From assembly GCF_036971445.1 (NCBI RefSeq), contig NC_091480.1, positions 15,686,001-15,750,000 of the forward strand: a DNA stretch of 64,000 nucleotides. Reading direction: 5' to 3'. The translations under genes were made by a program, and so were the position numbers. Within the stretch, counting starts at the first letter, position 1, and each line of letters begins with the position of its first letter. Shown piece by piece: positions 24,738 to 37,349 of the stretch. The notes beneath the pieces are model-generated. The model was not told the DNA's origin. It worked only from the letters and a program-made list of their open reading frames with translations, and ran no database searches. The DNA is from Narcine bancroftii. Its lineage: Eukaryota.

Positions 24738-25904
24738 TTAATCAGTTTCAAAGGCCGTTTTCACAGCTAGTTGAGTGGTTTTCACATGTTCATTCAGCGA
24801 ATCTTTTAATAGCAAGGCGGTGAAACAAAAGGATGACATTGCACCAAAAACAGAGATAATCAGTGGTGTGAAGTCATACTTGATCTCAGCTATTGTACAA
24901 GCAACAGCAATAACTCCTAATGCTACTCTGATAAGTGTTCGAGATATTTTACCTGGCAAATGAATTTTAGTTTTCAACTGTGCCAAGGGTTTACCACTGA
25001 TGTCTGCCAGTCTTTGCATGCACTTGTCACGTAGATCCCGATGATACCAGAGGTACACGAGTCCTGCAACCAACAATCCAATACCAGTGGCAAAGGACAT
25101 GCCAGGCACTGGCACAGCTCCCATTGCTCCAGCAAGAGATGCAGTCATCCAAATTCTTTTCTCCAACATCTTTTTCTTCTCTTCAATTACTTTTGAAGTT
25201 ACATTTGGGAGTGACAGCAAGAAAGCAATTTTCTTTACATTGAGCAGGTCATTTACAATGGTGTCCTTTAGAGTAGGGAAATCATAATCGTTTGGGTGAA
25301 AGCTTGATATCAGAAAAATAGATGGTGCTGTAATCCCCATTTCTTCCAAGGTGGCAACACAGTCCATCCTCATAGTTTGTATCTCCTTGTTCAAAGCTGC
25401 ACCATTCACTTCCATTGGAGGGAGTCTGTCGTCAACTTTGGACTGAACAAAGTACAGTTGTTTGCCCTCTTGTTGAATTGCTTTGGCAAACACCCCCTCG
25501 TTTCCTTTGAATAGACATTCTGACACAATGATGAACAAATCATATTTCTGAACATTTACCATTTTTAGGTACTCAGTCAGTGGTAGATTACAAGAATCTA
25601 TTCCTGGAAGTTCTGCAAAATGAATAGTTGGCAGATTGGGATGGGGGTATACAATAGGCTCTGTACTAGTTTCGTTATAACCAACTTTTCCCTCCTCACT
25701 TATCTCAAAGCCCACCATAGCAGCGATAAAAGTGGATTTGCCTGCACGTTTTTCACCTGTAACTGCAATATTAAGTTGTGTATTTTTCAAGTCTTCTAAT
25801 TTAGTCTTTATCTCTGGAATTACTGCTTCTAATCCACCAGCATTATAATTGGTTTTTAGTCGTTCAAGTTCTTCCATATTGAAGAATTCAGATGATGAAA
25901 TCAT
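24738..25904 (-). CDS. Immunity-related GTPase (IRG/p47; interferon-inducible GTPase 5/IRGC-like), 388 aa, single coding exon
   Basis: Intact ORF with LNIAVTGEKRAGKSTF (G1), YPHPNLP..F.ELPG (G3 region), YDLFIIVS, YFVQSKVD (G4), IFLISS, YDFP.L and the IRG C-terminal GAVPVPG.S. There is an acceptor (ttcttttcag) 6 nt before the ATG and a minus-strand AATAAA at 24649-24654. Confidence 0.92.
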   Translation of the reverse strand: MISSSEFFNMEELERLKTNYNAGGLEAVIPEIKTKLEDLKNTQLNIAVTGEKRAGKSTFIAAMVGFEISEEGKVGYNETSTEPIVYPHPNLPTIHFAELPGIDSCNLPLTEYLKMVNVQKYDLFIIVSECLFKGNEGVFAKAIQQEGKQLYFVQSKVDDRLPPMEVNGAALNKEIQTMRMDCVATLEEMGITAPSIFLISSFHPNDYDFPTLKDTIVNDLLNVKKIAFLLSLPNVTSKVIEEKKKMLEKRIWMTASLAGAMGAVPVPGMSFATGIGLLVAGLVYLWYHRDLRDKCMQRLADISGKPLAQLKTKIHLPGKISRTLIRVALGVIAVACTIAEIKYDFTPLIISVFGAMSSFCFTALLLKDSLNEHVKTTQLAVKTAFETD

Positions 25905-28900
25905 GCAATCCTGAAAAGAAAGTTGAAATATTTACACAATGTACAGTAGATTTAGTTTCTTAAACTTCCTGCTGACTCTTTAAATAGAGCATGAGGATAG
26001 TATTACTGTAAACAGCATACTCTTGACCGTATATAGTGCTGCTACTAGAGCTACCGTTTCAATGCTCCAATAATCCAGGTTAAATCCCTGACCTCCAGTG
26101 CTGTTTTTGCAGTTAGCACTTTCTCCATGTGACTATGTGGATTTCTGCCAGGTCCAATTTCCTTTCCATGACCCAAAGAGATGCAGGTTGGTAGAATGAA
26201 TTGGCCACTGTAAATTGTACCTTATGTAGAAGTGAGTGGTAGAATCTGATGGTAATGTCAGGAGAACAGGTTAATGGGGAAAATTCATGGGCAACTATGA
26301 TTGCTTTGAAAGGCAGCATATTCTTCACAGGCTGAAATAGCCTTTTTTTCCTCTATATTTTGTAATTTGTAGAAAAAGCCTATCCATGTGGTGACGTCTA
26401 CACAGTTAGATGTACTGTCTGTATTGTGAGGCAGCAATTGTGTCATACATTTTATATCTGAATAACTATTGAAAAAACTAGTACTGTATAATTGATTTAG
26501 AGTTCAACATTTCTGTGTCTTCTCCAGTGCAGAAGTTGGATTGGAAGACAAGATTAATCATTTCTTTTGATTACGTATAGTAATTCATAGAATATTACCG
26601 CGGAGAAAACCATTCTTGTATAATCCATCCTTTTCCAATGACCTTCCAAATAAGGACCACTTAGTTGCTTTTCAAAAGCTTCCTTGACATCTGCTTCCAC
26701 CATTCTTTCAAGCAAAGCCTTCTGGAATCAGCAACTTATTCTGTGTAGAAACCTCCTCTTATTCTCCTTGTGCTAATAATTTAAAGTTTATACCCTCTGG
26801 TTATTAACTCATCTGACAAACTTTCCCTCTACTTGTTCAACCAAAGCCTCCCACAATGTCTTTTACATCCATTCTTTGAGGTGAATAATTCCATCTTCTA
26901 AAATCTCCTCATAACTGTTCTATTCATCCCTGGTATCAACTTTTTCTGTCAACTCTCCAGAACCCAGGGATTATTCCAAAGATGCAGTGCGCAGAATTGT
27001 ACATATTAGTCCCAATTTAAGTTTGTATTGATTGAACAATATGCTTTGCATTTCAGTATTCAGTGCTTTATTTTATAACCCTACTGATGCCTACTCTATC
27101 TTCCCCACCTTCTCAAATTGTCCTGTTGCTTCGAGGCACTGACGAATTATCTCTGGTATGACCACCACCCTCCCCCCCCCCCCCCCACCCCTGCACAATT
27201 CTCACCCTTGCACAATGGTAACATTTAGATTATACGTTGACTTCACTAAATTATTTTTTTTACCTTTGTTGAATTAAAATGACTGCTCCTATCTTATGCA
27301 GAAGTCTTATGAGCTGTCAGATAAATAATAAGTGAATTATTTTCACTTCTATTTAAATAAGGTACTGGAAAGTCAAGTCAGGCAGAGGATGTGCAGAGAA
27401 ACATTAAAAAATATTTCAGTCTATGACCTTTTGTGAGAAATCTTCTGGTGTTGTTTTTCTTCTTTGTTATACCCATTAGGAACAGAACCCAGAAGTTCCA
27501 GGGATGCACAAGTCCTTATAACTTTTAATTTTGGAAATATTTGCAGTACAGTTTTAGCAACAAAAAAAAAAATCTGGCAATACTTAATGTTAACCAGAGT
27601 TTCTTGAAATATTTGAATCTTCAGCTTGTGTCAGGCTCCCCCTGACCTTGCCCCTCAGACCCCACCCTTTGAATAAAATAAAATGACTCAAAAATCTGTC
27701 ATAAATCCCAGGAAGAAAGAAGACGGAAATCAAGGTGGCCAGGCTCCAAAGTGAACTCAGTGCTAAAAGTGTCACCAATGATTGAAGACAAATGCTTTTA
27801 CTTGCTGTAAATCAACAACTATTACATCTGTAGCAAGAGCACCTGATGATACTCCTATTGAGCTGGTCACGGAATTACATTTAGCTGCCGTGCAACTCAC
27901 CTGAGGCTTTTGAAGTATGCCAGTGAGGAAAGATTTTCTATTGACCTTGTGCTTTGCTGGTTTGTTTCTTGAGATTCAATCAAGAGTTTGTAAATGATGA
28001 GTTAGCTGAGACAAAAAGTAGACGTAGAACAAATTAATATGCTATATGTGTCGGCAAAAATAACATTTCCAGAGTTGATGTTTCTTCTTGTGTTCTTTCA
28101 TTTCCCACAGCATTCAAATTAACCATCATCATCTTCTGCCAAACATGAGTTCTGCTGTGTTGTGGCCACTGTGAGCTACTGAGTTCTCACCTCCACAGCA
28201 GAATATGGATTTTTCTAGCCAAAAATAGGTTCATAACTACACTGCATCAGCAGTTTCTCATATTTATCAATCTAATTTCCCCTCCTCTAGACACACCTTC
28301 AAATCTGATATTTGTTACAGACTTTAAAAAAATATTCAAAAATGCTAACAAAAAAAAAATTTTAAAAGCTTCCAGGTTTCTTTACCATTGCTGATTTATA
28401 TGATGGGATCACCTATACTAGAAATATTAGAAACTGATTAATTTAGTGCACATTCAGAAAAACTTACAAAAAAAAGGTACAGGCAACAATTGACAATTAT
28501 AAATTTGTTACTTGTAAATATTTGGACTGAATTATTACAGTAAATCTCAGGATCATCTTACAAATAATAACCTAGCATTCATCATTCATTTGGAAAAGGG
28601 TAAATAATGATTGATCGACCTCATTATCTTTGAGGAAGTGATTACCTGATTGGTTGTAATAAATCCTAGGGGAGGGGAGGTGAGGGGGGTCTGGCAGGAG
28701 CAGGGATGGGATACGGAGACTTAGAGCAAAGTTGGAAAAGATTGTAATACAAATTCAAAGCCATCAAGATCCAGGAAATGGTTATGGAATTACCTCCCAA
28801 AAAGTTAGAATTGATGAATATTGACCGGAGGAGTTAATATCAAATTGGGGAGAAGATACAGAGGTGTCTTAGTGTTTGCAGCCTTGCTCAAACTTAAATA

Positions 28901-29929
28901 TCAGAACTGAATGAAAAACGAATTTACTCATAAATAGCTAAGACCAGGAAGAATCTCGCTGGTGTGACAACTAAATTTTAGTTGTCTTTTGACATCAATT
29001 TCAACCTCTTAATTACAAGCACAAGAATTAGAGGCAATTCACTCTAGATTTCCAATTGCAATTCTTAAACCCTAGTTAATCTGCATCTTACACTGCATTT
29101 CATTAATCCATTGATGTTGGAAAACATCATGACTTTAACTGAGATATATTCGTTTCAACATGTTTCATCTGACACTCGAGTTCTATTTGTGATTTAGTAA
29201 ATGCCCTTTCGGCTTCATGTGGCAAAAGAAGGGCTCCCGACCCGGGTTCGCTCAGTCCAGCGAACTCCGGGCCCCAGTGCCCAACCTTATTGCCAGGATG
29301 CGGCTGCTCTCCCACACACAAGATCTCGCCACGCAACTCCACTCAGATGCGGATAAGATTGAAATCTGTGCGGACGATTACGTCCATTCTGCCTCCCCTG
29401 CACCTCCCAGCAACAATCCAGACAGTTTTCTCTCCCATATTACTTTCTTACCGGATCAAGCCGCAGAGAACGAGAGAGAGAGAGAGCGGAACCGTCCACC
29501 GCACAATTAATTCTCCTGGTCGGCTTGTAAAGAGTTTGATGCACAATTTTATTCCAGGAGTTCCAGCAAATAAGAAAGAATATAGAACGTCATCGACTTT
29601 ACCATTACTGAGAGAATTTGGGGGGAAGGACCACAGACTGGAGTCCTCCCATGACCGGGCACTGAGGGGCTCAGGCCGAGGGGAAGCCCCTCCACGAACA
29701 GAGTTTGGCGAAATGACAAGGGTGGTAATGGTGCATTTGGAGGGCGAATGTAATCATGCACATTGAGGGGAATGTATCTGATTGACGTTATGGGCGTGAA
29801 AAGATTTTTCTTTTTTTGTAAATTTATGTTGAAAAAAGTCTATGGAAAAATGTTTTGAGACCTCAAACTTGAGCTTTTTTCAATGTAAACACACATTATT
29901 GACAATTCGGAGGGCATTGCATCCTGGAA

Positions 29930-30470
29930 TATCAAACCATACCCTCTGATCTGGGCCTCGCTAATGTGCTGGAGAGAGCCAAGGTGCTCAACAAAGCAAT
30001 CTCCCAATGGATGCAGTAGATGACCTCTGCAGATTCACAAGTGAAATGTGGCTTCACTTGGAAGGGCTGGGGCCCCTGAATGGTGCAGAGGGAGGAGGTG
30101 TGGGAGCAAGTGGAGAGGTCACAGGGGGAGGTCCCACAGGGACGATTGTTGGGGAGGGAGCAGGGGACAAGGGAGTCATGGAGGGAACGGTCCCTGCGGG
30201 AGGCGGGGGAATCTGTGTCGAGAGGTGGGATCACGTAGTCGGTGGCGGAAATGTCCTAGACTGCCGGGCAGAATATGTATGCAGGGTCATTGCAGTGGTT
30301 TGTGTTGGCCCACATCCTGGTAATGGCGAAGGCGTCAGTCGGATGGATTGGGGATGAAGGGGAGTTGAGATGGCATGCACCCATGAGCTCTGGGATGGCC
30401 ATTGCAGGTGCTCTGCCAACAGGTCGTCTAGTCTGTTGGGGCTCGCAGATGCAGAACAGGTCAAACTGGA
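29930..30470 (-). mobile_element. Decayed Penelope-like element (GIY-YIG region)
   Basis: Translations RRDRSLHDSLV, FQVKPHFTCESAEVIYCI and RLDDLLAEHL resemble PLE GIY-YIG domains. Confidence 0.65.
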
Positions 30471-30499
30471 AACACGCAATGAAATGTGCTGCCAGCCAT

Positions 30500-31150
30500 T
30501 CAAAGACGGAACCCAAATCCTATCGCCGGGCGTCTGCGCCTGCGCGCTCCTTCCCTCCTCCTCCTCCTCCTCCATGGCCGGCCATCCCGTTGCCATGGTG
30601 ACAGCGCGCTGGCCGTTTTCATTGAACGCGATGGGAGTTGTAGTTCACTAGCCAGGTTCACGCCGGAAAGCACGAAACCTCGCGGCTTGAGGATCACGGA
30701 GAAGCCGCCAGCGAGAGGGCTTTGCTTTTAAAGGGCCACGGCGGACGAAAGAACGGAAGGCCCGACATCCGGGCGGAACGTTCCTGTCCGGCGGAAACTA
30801 TAGTGCGACGGCTTCCGGTCCGATGGCGGCGAAGGGGAAGGTGAGGGTCAGGAGTCCCTGGGGTGGAAAGCAAAGTGTTGGGAGTTATTGAAGTGATGGC
30901 AAGGTATTTTTAAACTGGCCCAGAGCGGCGGGAGGGCCGCGCCCATAATAACAATGGCAACCTTCCCCCTTTCGTTGTCTGCGTTTGTGAGTTTCTTTAA
31001 AACGTGTTGTAGGGGCTGGCCCTGTGGGGGTGGTTGGCTCTCGCTGTGACCCAGACACACAGGGCTGGGGGCGCAGAGGGGACCAGATACCGGCATCTGA
31101 GACGAAGCACCACTCGATTGGAAGGACTCAGTTGGGTCGAGCCGTACCCT
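30500..31150. promoter_or_regulatory. CpG-island promoter of WDR24, possibly bidirectional
   Basis: High CpG/GC content. RFX X-box GTTGCCATGGTGAC (30589-30602), ZNF143/THAP11 motif TGGGAGTTGTAGTT (30632-30645), ETS cores CCGGAA/TTCCGG (about 30663 and 30814), YY1-like GATGGCGGC (30822-30830). Confidence 0.8.
30800..30840 (+). other. WDR24: WDR24 predicted non-coding exon 1 (start approximate)
   Basis: Strong donor GAAG|gtgagg at 30840/30841 inside the island. The matching acceptor is ttcctttctctttactttcag|G at 31435/31436. Confidence 0.55.
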
Positions 31151-31727
31151 TGGCCAACGTGTTGTTATTGACGCCTCAAGCCTGAAAGTTTGGTGATGTA
31201 TCTTTATCTTTGCTACATGTGTCACCAGCTGAACTTCTCCAGCATTTCGTCTTTTATTACGGTCGACATGTTCATGTCCTGCTTTCAGAAATGCTGACAA
31301 GTCGTGTAATAGTATTTAATGATTTATCTGCCTCCCCTCCTACCAAATAAAGAGAGTGGAGTACGTGATGTGGATGTTATGTCTTTGGATATTGATGTGG
31401 CAAATTTAATTAATTTCCTTTCTCTTTACTTTCAGGTTTTAAATTTAAAAAAAATCATTGCAATTTTGGGTGGAATTGACTGTCATTTAACATATTCCCA
31501 AATTATACAATGAGCAAAAGTTGATTGAATCTGATATTTGGAGTTAGTCTTCATAACACTGAAATAATGCTGAATTCACATTTTTCAAGAGCTGTTAATA
31601 TCTGAACAGGAGAAACTGACTTGCTGATGAGGAATAATTGGAAATTGTTTACACTGTGTAATTATAATAAGACGAAAGGAACTGATAACCACAATTTTCA
31701 AGGTACCAAAATTATCTTGGGTTTGCC

Positions 31728-32208
31728 ATGGAGAAAATGGCAAGAGTGACTACAGCCCTAAGTGGCACAACCATCACAGGACAAACAATGTTCTGCCATC
31801 TTGATGCACCTGCCAATGCTATTAGTGTATGTAGGGATGCTGCCCAGGTGGTGGTGGCCGGTCGCAACATTTTCAAAATCTATTCCCTCGAGGAGGAACA
31901 ATTCTTGGAAAGGGCCAACCTTCGGGTTGGACGCAAGCTCTCTTTAAACTTCAGCTGTGCTGATGTAGTGTGGCATCAGATGGACGATAACTTGCTGGCA
32001 ACAGCAGCCACAAATGGAGCTGTGGTGACGTGGAATCTAGGCAAACCATCTCGCAACAAACAGGACCAGCTTTTCAATGAGCACAAACGCACAGTCAACA
32101 AGGTGTGCTTCCATCCCACTGAGGTTCACATGCTGTTGAGTGGCTCCCAGGATGGATACATGAAATGCTTTGATCTCAGGAAGAGGGAATCAGTGAGCAC
32201 TTTCTCTG
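31728..32208 (+). CDS. WDR24: WDR24 (GATOR2 complex) coding exon 1
   Basis: Kozak gccATGG; [13 protein letters not shown]...[24 protein letters not shown]...ESVSTFS; donor G|gtaaag; 481 nt. Confidence 0.97.
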
Positions 32209-33402
32209 GTAAAGGATATTTTCTAATAGAGTCAATACAACTGCCTAATTATAAAATAGATTATTTTTATCAGCAAATTATAATTTATCATGTTTTGAGT
32301 AGTCTTCCATTAAAGTATTTTTTTCACGTTAATTTCCTGTTTGTAAATTATCTAGAGAAAGAATAACAAAAGAAGCATTGTCTTTCATTCCCTCACTGTT
32401 CCAAAGTGCTCTAGAGGTAATGAAATAATTGAGCAACAGTTGTGTGAGGTTTTCTTTAACTTAAAAATTACGATGAGAAACTTAAAATATAACCATGTGT
32501 TAGGGTTAATGAATATTGAATAAATATTTGATAGGACACTTGATTCTTTCGTGGTGTTTGTATCCAGCCAAGAGAGCCTCATTTTAATACTTTACTTCTA
32601 AAAAATTTTGTGCTCCTTGTCTTCCAAAGAGAGCTCTGAACTGAGGTAGTTCCAAAGATGCTGTTTTTCTTATTTAGACATACAGCATGATAACAGGCCA
32701 TTTCGGCCCATGCTGCCCAATTAACCAATTGCTTCCAATTTGACAAATATGTTCAAGAACAAAGATGCTTGGCAGGTTGTTTGATTGCAGAATATCTGAT
32801 ACAATTTGTATCACAATCCAGTGAAGAATGAGCTTCCTTTTCCCTTTTATTTGTGGGGAAGGAGCACAGTAATGGCTATAATTTGGTGGTGTGCAAGACT
32901 GACTTAAAGCTGTGGGGAAAGTGTACAAAATGGTGTTAACTTCCAATTGTATCCAAATATACCATTGCAAATCATTTTTGGCCAATTTCCCTTTCCTTTG
33001 CTTTAAGTAAAGCTAATACTTGGAGGCTCTGTAAAACTAAATCTATCAAACTTTTTTTGTCATCATGCCAAAATGAGTAAATATACTTTCTGAAAAAGGC
33101 TAAAATTTGAACTTTTGAAGAGAAATCTTTTGGTATTTAGATCATTTGTGCATCTAATGGGTATATAATTGTGCAGTTTTAATTTTCTAGTCTGTGGTTT
33201 TGCTGAATTCTAACACTGCTGCTAATTTTACAGGATGAGTGATGTTCCTTAAGCTTTTGGTTTTTATATATTTTGGAATCTCACTAAATGCAAGTCATTG
33301 GCTATAAATTTGTTTATTCCACCAGCTCCTATTGGATGTTAATTAACGTAACTATTGAGCCTATTTTTGTAATCTTGTGAATGGAATCTTTATCTTCTGA
33401 AG

Positions 33403-33580
33403 GTCAATCAGAAAGTGTCCGGGATGTCCAGTTCAGTGTAAGGGATTATTTCACATTTGCTGCTTCGTTTGAAAATGGTAATGTTCAGCTCTGGGACATA
33501 AGACGTCCAGATAGATATGAACGTATGTTTACAGCGCATAATGGACCTGTTTTCTGCTGTGATTGGCATCCAGATGATAA
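33403..33580 (+). CDS. WDR24: WDR24 coding exon 2
   Basis: [11 protein letters not shown]...CCDWHPDD, ag/gtgagt boundaries, 178 nt, frame consistent. Confidence 0.96.
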
Positions 33581-33669
33581 GTGAGTAGTACAGCACTTGC
33601 AGCCCTTCCTATTTATGTTTTAGAATCTTGTTATGATTGAGCAGCAGTTCTAAGATCTCGGAGAAAGAA

Positions 33670-36600
33670 TTTTTAAATTATTTTTTATTTTTCACACTGT
33701 GAACCATATCAACCAAAATATATACAAATGTTTCTCATTAAATATACTCAGTGGCATTTATTTCCTTTTTTTTCCCCCTACCCTCCATCCCCCCCCATTC
33801 CCACCCCCCCTCCAAAACCAATAAATATTCAATATATACAATTAAACCATGAAACAATGTCATCACATAATGAAAAATAAACAAGAAAAATGTGTCATCT
33901 ACTTTTACACACTAGATCAAGTCGTTTTGTCTTGTCTCTGTTATGTTCCATGTATGGTTCCCAAATTTGTTCAAATAATATGATTTTATTTTTTAAATTA
34001 TATGTTATTTTTTCCAATGGAATACATTTATTCATTTCCATTTACCATTGCTGTATTCTCAGGCTCTCTTCCATTTTCCAAGTTGACATTATACATTTTT
34101 TTGCTACTGCTAAGGCTATCATAATAAATCTTTTTTGTGCTTTATCCAATTTGAGGCCTAATTCTTTACTACTCATGTTACTTAAAAGAAAGATCTCTGG
34201 ATTTTTTGGTATGTTGCTTTTTGAGATTTTTATTTAATATCTGATTTAGATCTTCCCAAAATATTTTCACTTTCGTACATGCCCAAATTGCATGTGTTGT
34301 TGTTCCCATTTCCTTCTTACAGCGAAAACATCTATCCGATAATGTTGGATCCCATTCTTTTAACTTTTGGGGCGTGATATATAACCTGTGTAACCAATTA
34401 TACTGTATAATGCGTAACCTTGTGTTTATTATATTCTTCATAGTTCCAGAACATAACTTTTTTCATGTTTAATTTTTTATCTTTATGTTTAAATCTTTTT
34501 CCCACTTTTGTTTGTTTATAGCTTATTTAATCATTTTCCTTATCTTGCAGCTTAATGTACATGTTCGCTATAAATCTTTTAATTATCATTGTGTCTGTTA
34601 TCACATATTCAAAGCTGCTTTCATCTGGTAATCTCAGTCTGTTTCCCAATTTATCCTTTCAATAAGCTTTCAGTTGATGATATGCAAACATTGTACCATG
34701 AGTTATTCCATATTTGTACTTCAACTGTTTAAATGTTAATAAATTGTTTCCCAAAAAAACAATTTTCTTTTGATTCCTTTTCTCTCCCATTCTCTAAAGT
34801 AAAGGTTATCTATTGTAAAAGGGATTAGTGGGTTTTGTGTCGGTAACAATTTTGGTATTTGGTAATTTGTTTTTTTCCTTTCTAAGTGGATCTTCTTCCA
34901 TATATTAAGTAAATGATGCAATACTGGTGAGCTTTTATATTGCTTTTCATCCCACTTATAAAGTATATGTTCCGGTACCCTCTCTCTTATTTTGTCTAGT
35001 TCTATCTTCGTCCAGTCTGGTAAAAATCTGATAAATACCTTAATTGTGCAGCTCTATAATAATTTTTAAAGTTTGGTAACTGCAAACCATCTTGGTTGTA
35101 CCTCTCTCTTAATTTATCTAATGCTATCCTCAGTTTCCCCCCTTTCCACAAGAATTTCCTTATTATTCTCTTTAGTTCATTAAAGAATTCCTCTGTTAAG
35201 GGAATTGGCATCGATTGAAATAAGTATTGTATCCTTGGGATGACATTAATTTTAATGCAATTTACCCTCCCTATCAATGTTAGCGGTTATTCTTTCCAAT
35301 GTTCTAAGTTTTCCTGCAATTTCTTTATTAGTGGCTGATAATTTAGTTTGTACAGGTGGCTTAAGTTATTATCTAACCTGATTCCTAGGTATCATTTAAA
35401 TAGTGATTCTTTTTTAAATTCTGTGTAATCTGCGTTACTCATTGGCATCACTTCACTTTTATTTGCATTGATCTTGTACCCCGATATTTCTCCATACTCT
35501 TTCAATTCCTTATGTAATTCTTTTATTAATATTTCTAGTTCGTTAAGTATACTATGATACTATAGGAGAGGAGGAATTAATAACTCTTTAAATGTTTTAT
35601 AGAATTCAATTGGGAATCCATCCTCTCCAGGCGTTTTTATTGTTTGACAGCTTTTTTTAACATATTCTGTACTTCCTCTATTTCAAATGGTTTTATCACT
35701 TTGTTTTGTTCCTCTTGCAATTTTGGCATTTCAGTTTTAGCTAAAAACTCTTCTATTTTATCATCTTTCCCCTCGTTCTCAGTTTGATATAATTGTTCAT
35801 AAAATTCCTTAAAGTTTTAATTAATCTCCATTGGATTACATGTCATTTGTTTGTCCTTTTTCCTTGATGCCAATACAGTTCTTTTAGCTTGTTCTAAGTA
35901 GCCAGGCTAATATTTTGTTTTTTTTCTCCCAGTTCGTAATACTTTTGCTTTATTTTCATTATGTTCTTCTCCACCTTGTATGTTTGTAATGTTTCGTATT
36001 TTATTTTTTTGTCTGCTAATTGTCTCCTTTTCGTTATATCATCCCTTTTTACTAGTTCCTTTTCTGTACTTACTATCTCCCTTTCCAACTGCTCTATTTC
36101 CCGATTGTAGTCCTTTTTCATCTTGGTTACATAACTTATTATCTGCCCTCTAATGAAGGCTTTCATTGCATCCCATAATGTAAATTTGTCTTCACTGATT
36201 CTGTAATTATTTCAAAATATGTTTTACTTTGGTGTTCAATAAACTCTCTAAATTCCTGCCTTTTAAGTAGCATGGAGTTTAACCTCCATCTATATGTTCT
36301 TGGTGGGATGTCCTCCAGTTCTATTGCTAATAACAGGGGTGAATGATCAGCTAGCAATCTAGCTTTATATTCAGTTTTCCTAACTCTCCCTTGAATATGG
36401 GCCGACAACAAAAACCTATCAATTCTTGAGTAAGTTTTATGCCTACTCGAATAATGAGTATTCCTTCTCTCTTGGGTGCTGCCTCCTCCATATATCTATA
36501 AGTTTCATTTCCTGCAATGATTTAACCATAAATTTGGCCACTTTATTCTTTTTGCTAGTTTTTGTCCAGTTTTATCTGACATTGGATCCAAATTAAGGTT

Positions 36601-37030
36601 AAAATCCCCTCCAATCAATATATTTCCTTGTGTATCTACAATCTTCAAAAAAAAATATCCTGCATAAAATTTTGATCCTCCTCATTAGGTGCTTTTATAT
36701 TGAGCAAATTCCAAAATTCAGAATATATCTGACACTTTATCATTACATACCTCCCTGCAGGATCTATTATTTCCTCCTCTATTTTGATTGGTACATTTTT
36801 ATTAATATAGCTACACCTCTAGCTTTTGAATTATCTGATGCTGTCGCTACGTGTCCTACCCAGTCTTTCTTTAATTTGTTATGTTCCACTTCAGTTAGAT
36901 GCGTTTCCTGCTCAAATGTTACTTTTTTCTTTTTTCTTTAATAGCCTCTTCCTTTTAATTTGGTTAATGTTTATAGTCATATATTCAACGTGGCCATCTC
37001 ATATCCTGTTTACACCTCATTTCCGCCTCT
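33670..37030 (-). mobile_element. Decayed L1-clade LINE (APE, RT and C-terminal fragments) in a WDR24 intron
   Basis: Minus-strand fragments ADHSPLLL, WRLNSMLL, MKAFIRGQII, GRVNCIKINVIPRIQYLFQ, GLQLPNFKNYY and CFRC...HAIWAC. It has frameshifts, an internal deletion and an A-rich tail near 33670-33690. Confidence 0.9.
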
Positions 37031-37349
37031 GATCTTGGAGAAAGACTTGATGCCCATTATTGCTTTCCCATATTTCAATTTTCATTCATTGTTAAATCTT
37101 TACAAAACTCCAAAATTAACTATTTTGAAATTTCTACAATAATTGTAGAATATTATAAAACCCTAATTTGGTGAGCAATTGTTCAAAATTGTTTAAATTT
37201 CCAGCAAATACATCCTGCATTTTTTCCCTAATATACATTTTTTCTTTTGTACAGTAAAATCTTCATTATTTGGTACTCATGTGAATTTTCCATATGAAGA
37301 GTGTTTCCAATGCCAAACTAATACACCTGCATTAAGAATATACTGTTTA

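Noticed and set aside
30231-30596. ORF MATGWPAMEEEEEEG... as the first exon of a divergent gene
   Set aside because: Most of it is decayed Penelope sequence, the poly-Glu comes from a (CCT)n tract, the ATG lies inside the X-box, and I found no good splice donor.
32209-32366. Extension of the WDR24 ORF past the exon 1 donor (likewise 33381-33402, 38422-38450 and 44505-44565)
   Set aside because: Intronic read-through in the ORF track. Splice sites and homology define shorter exons.
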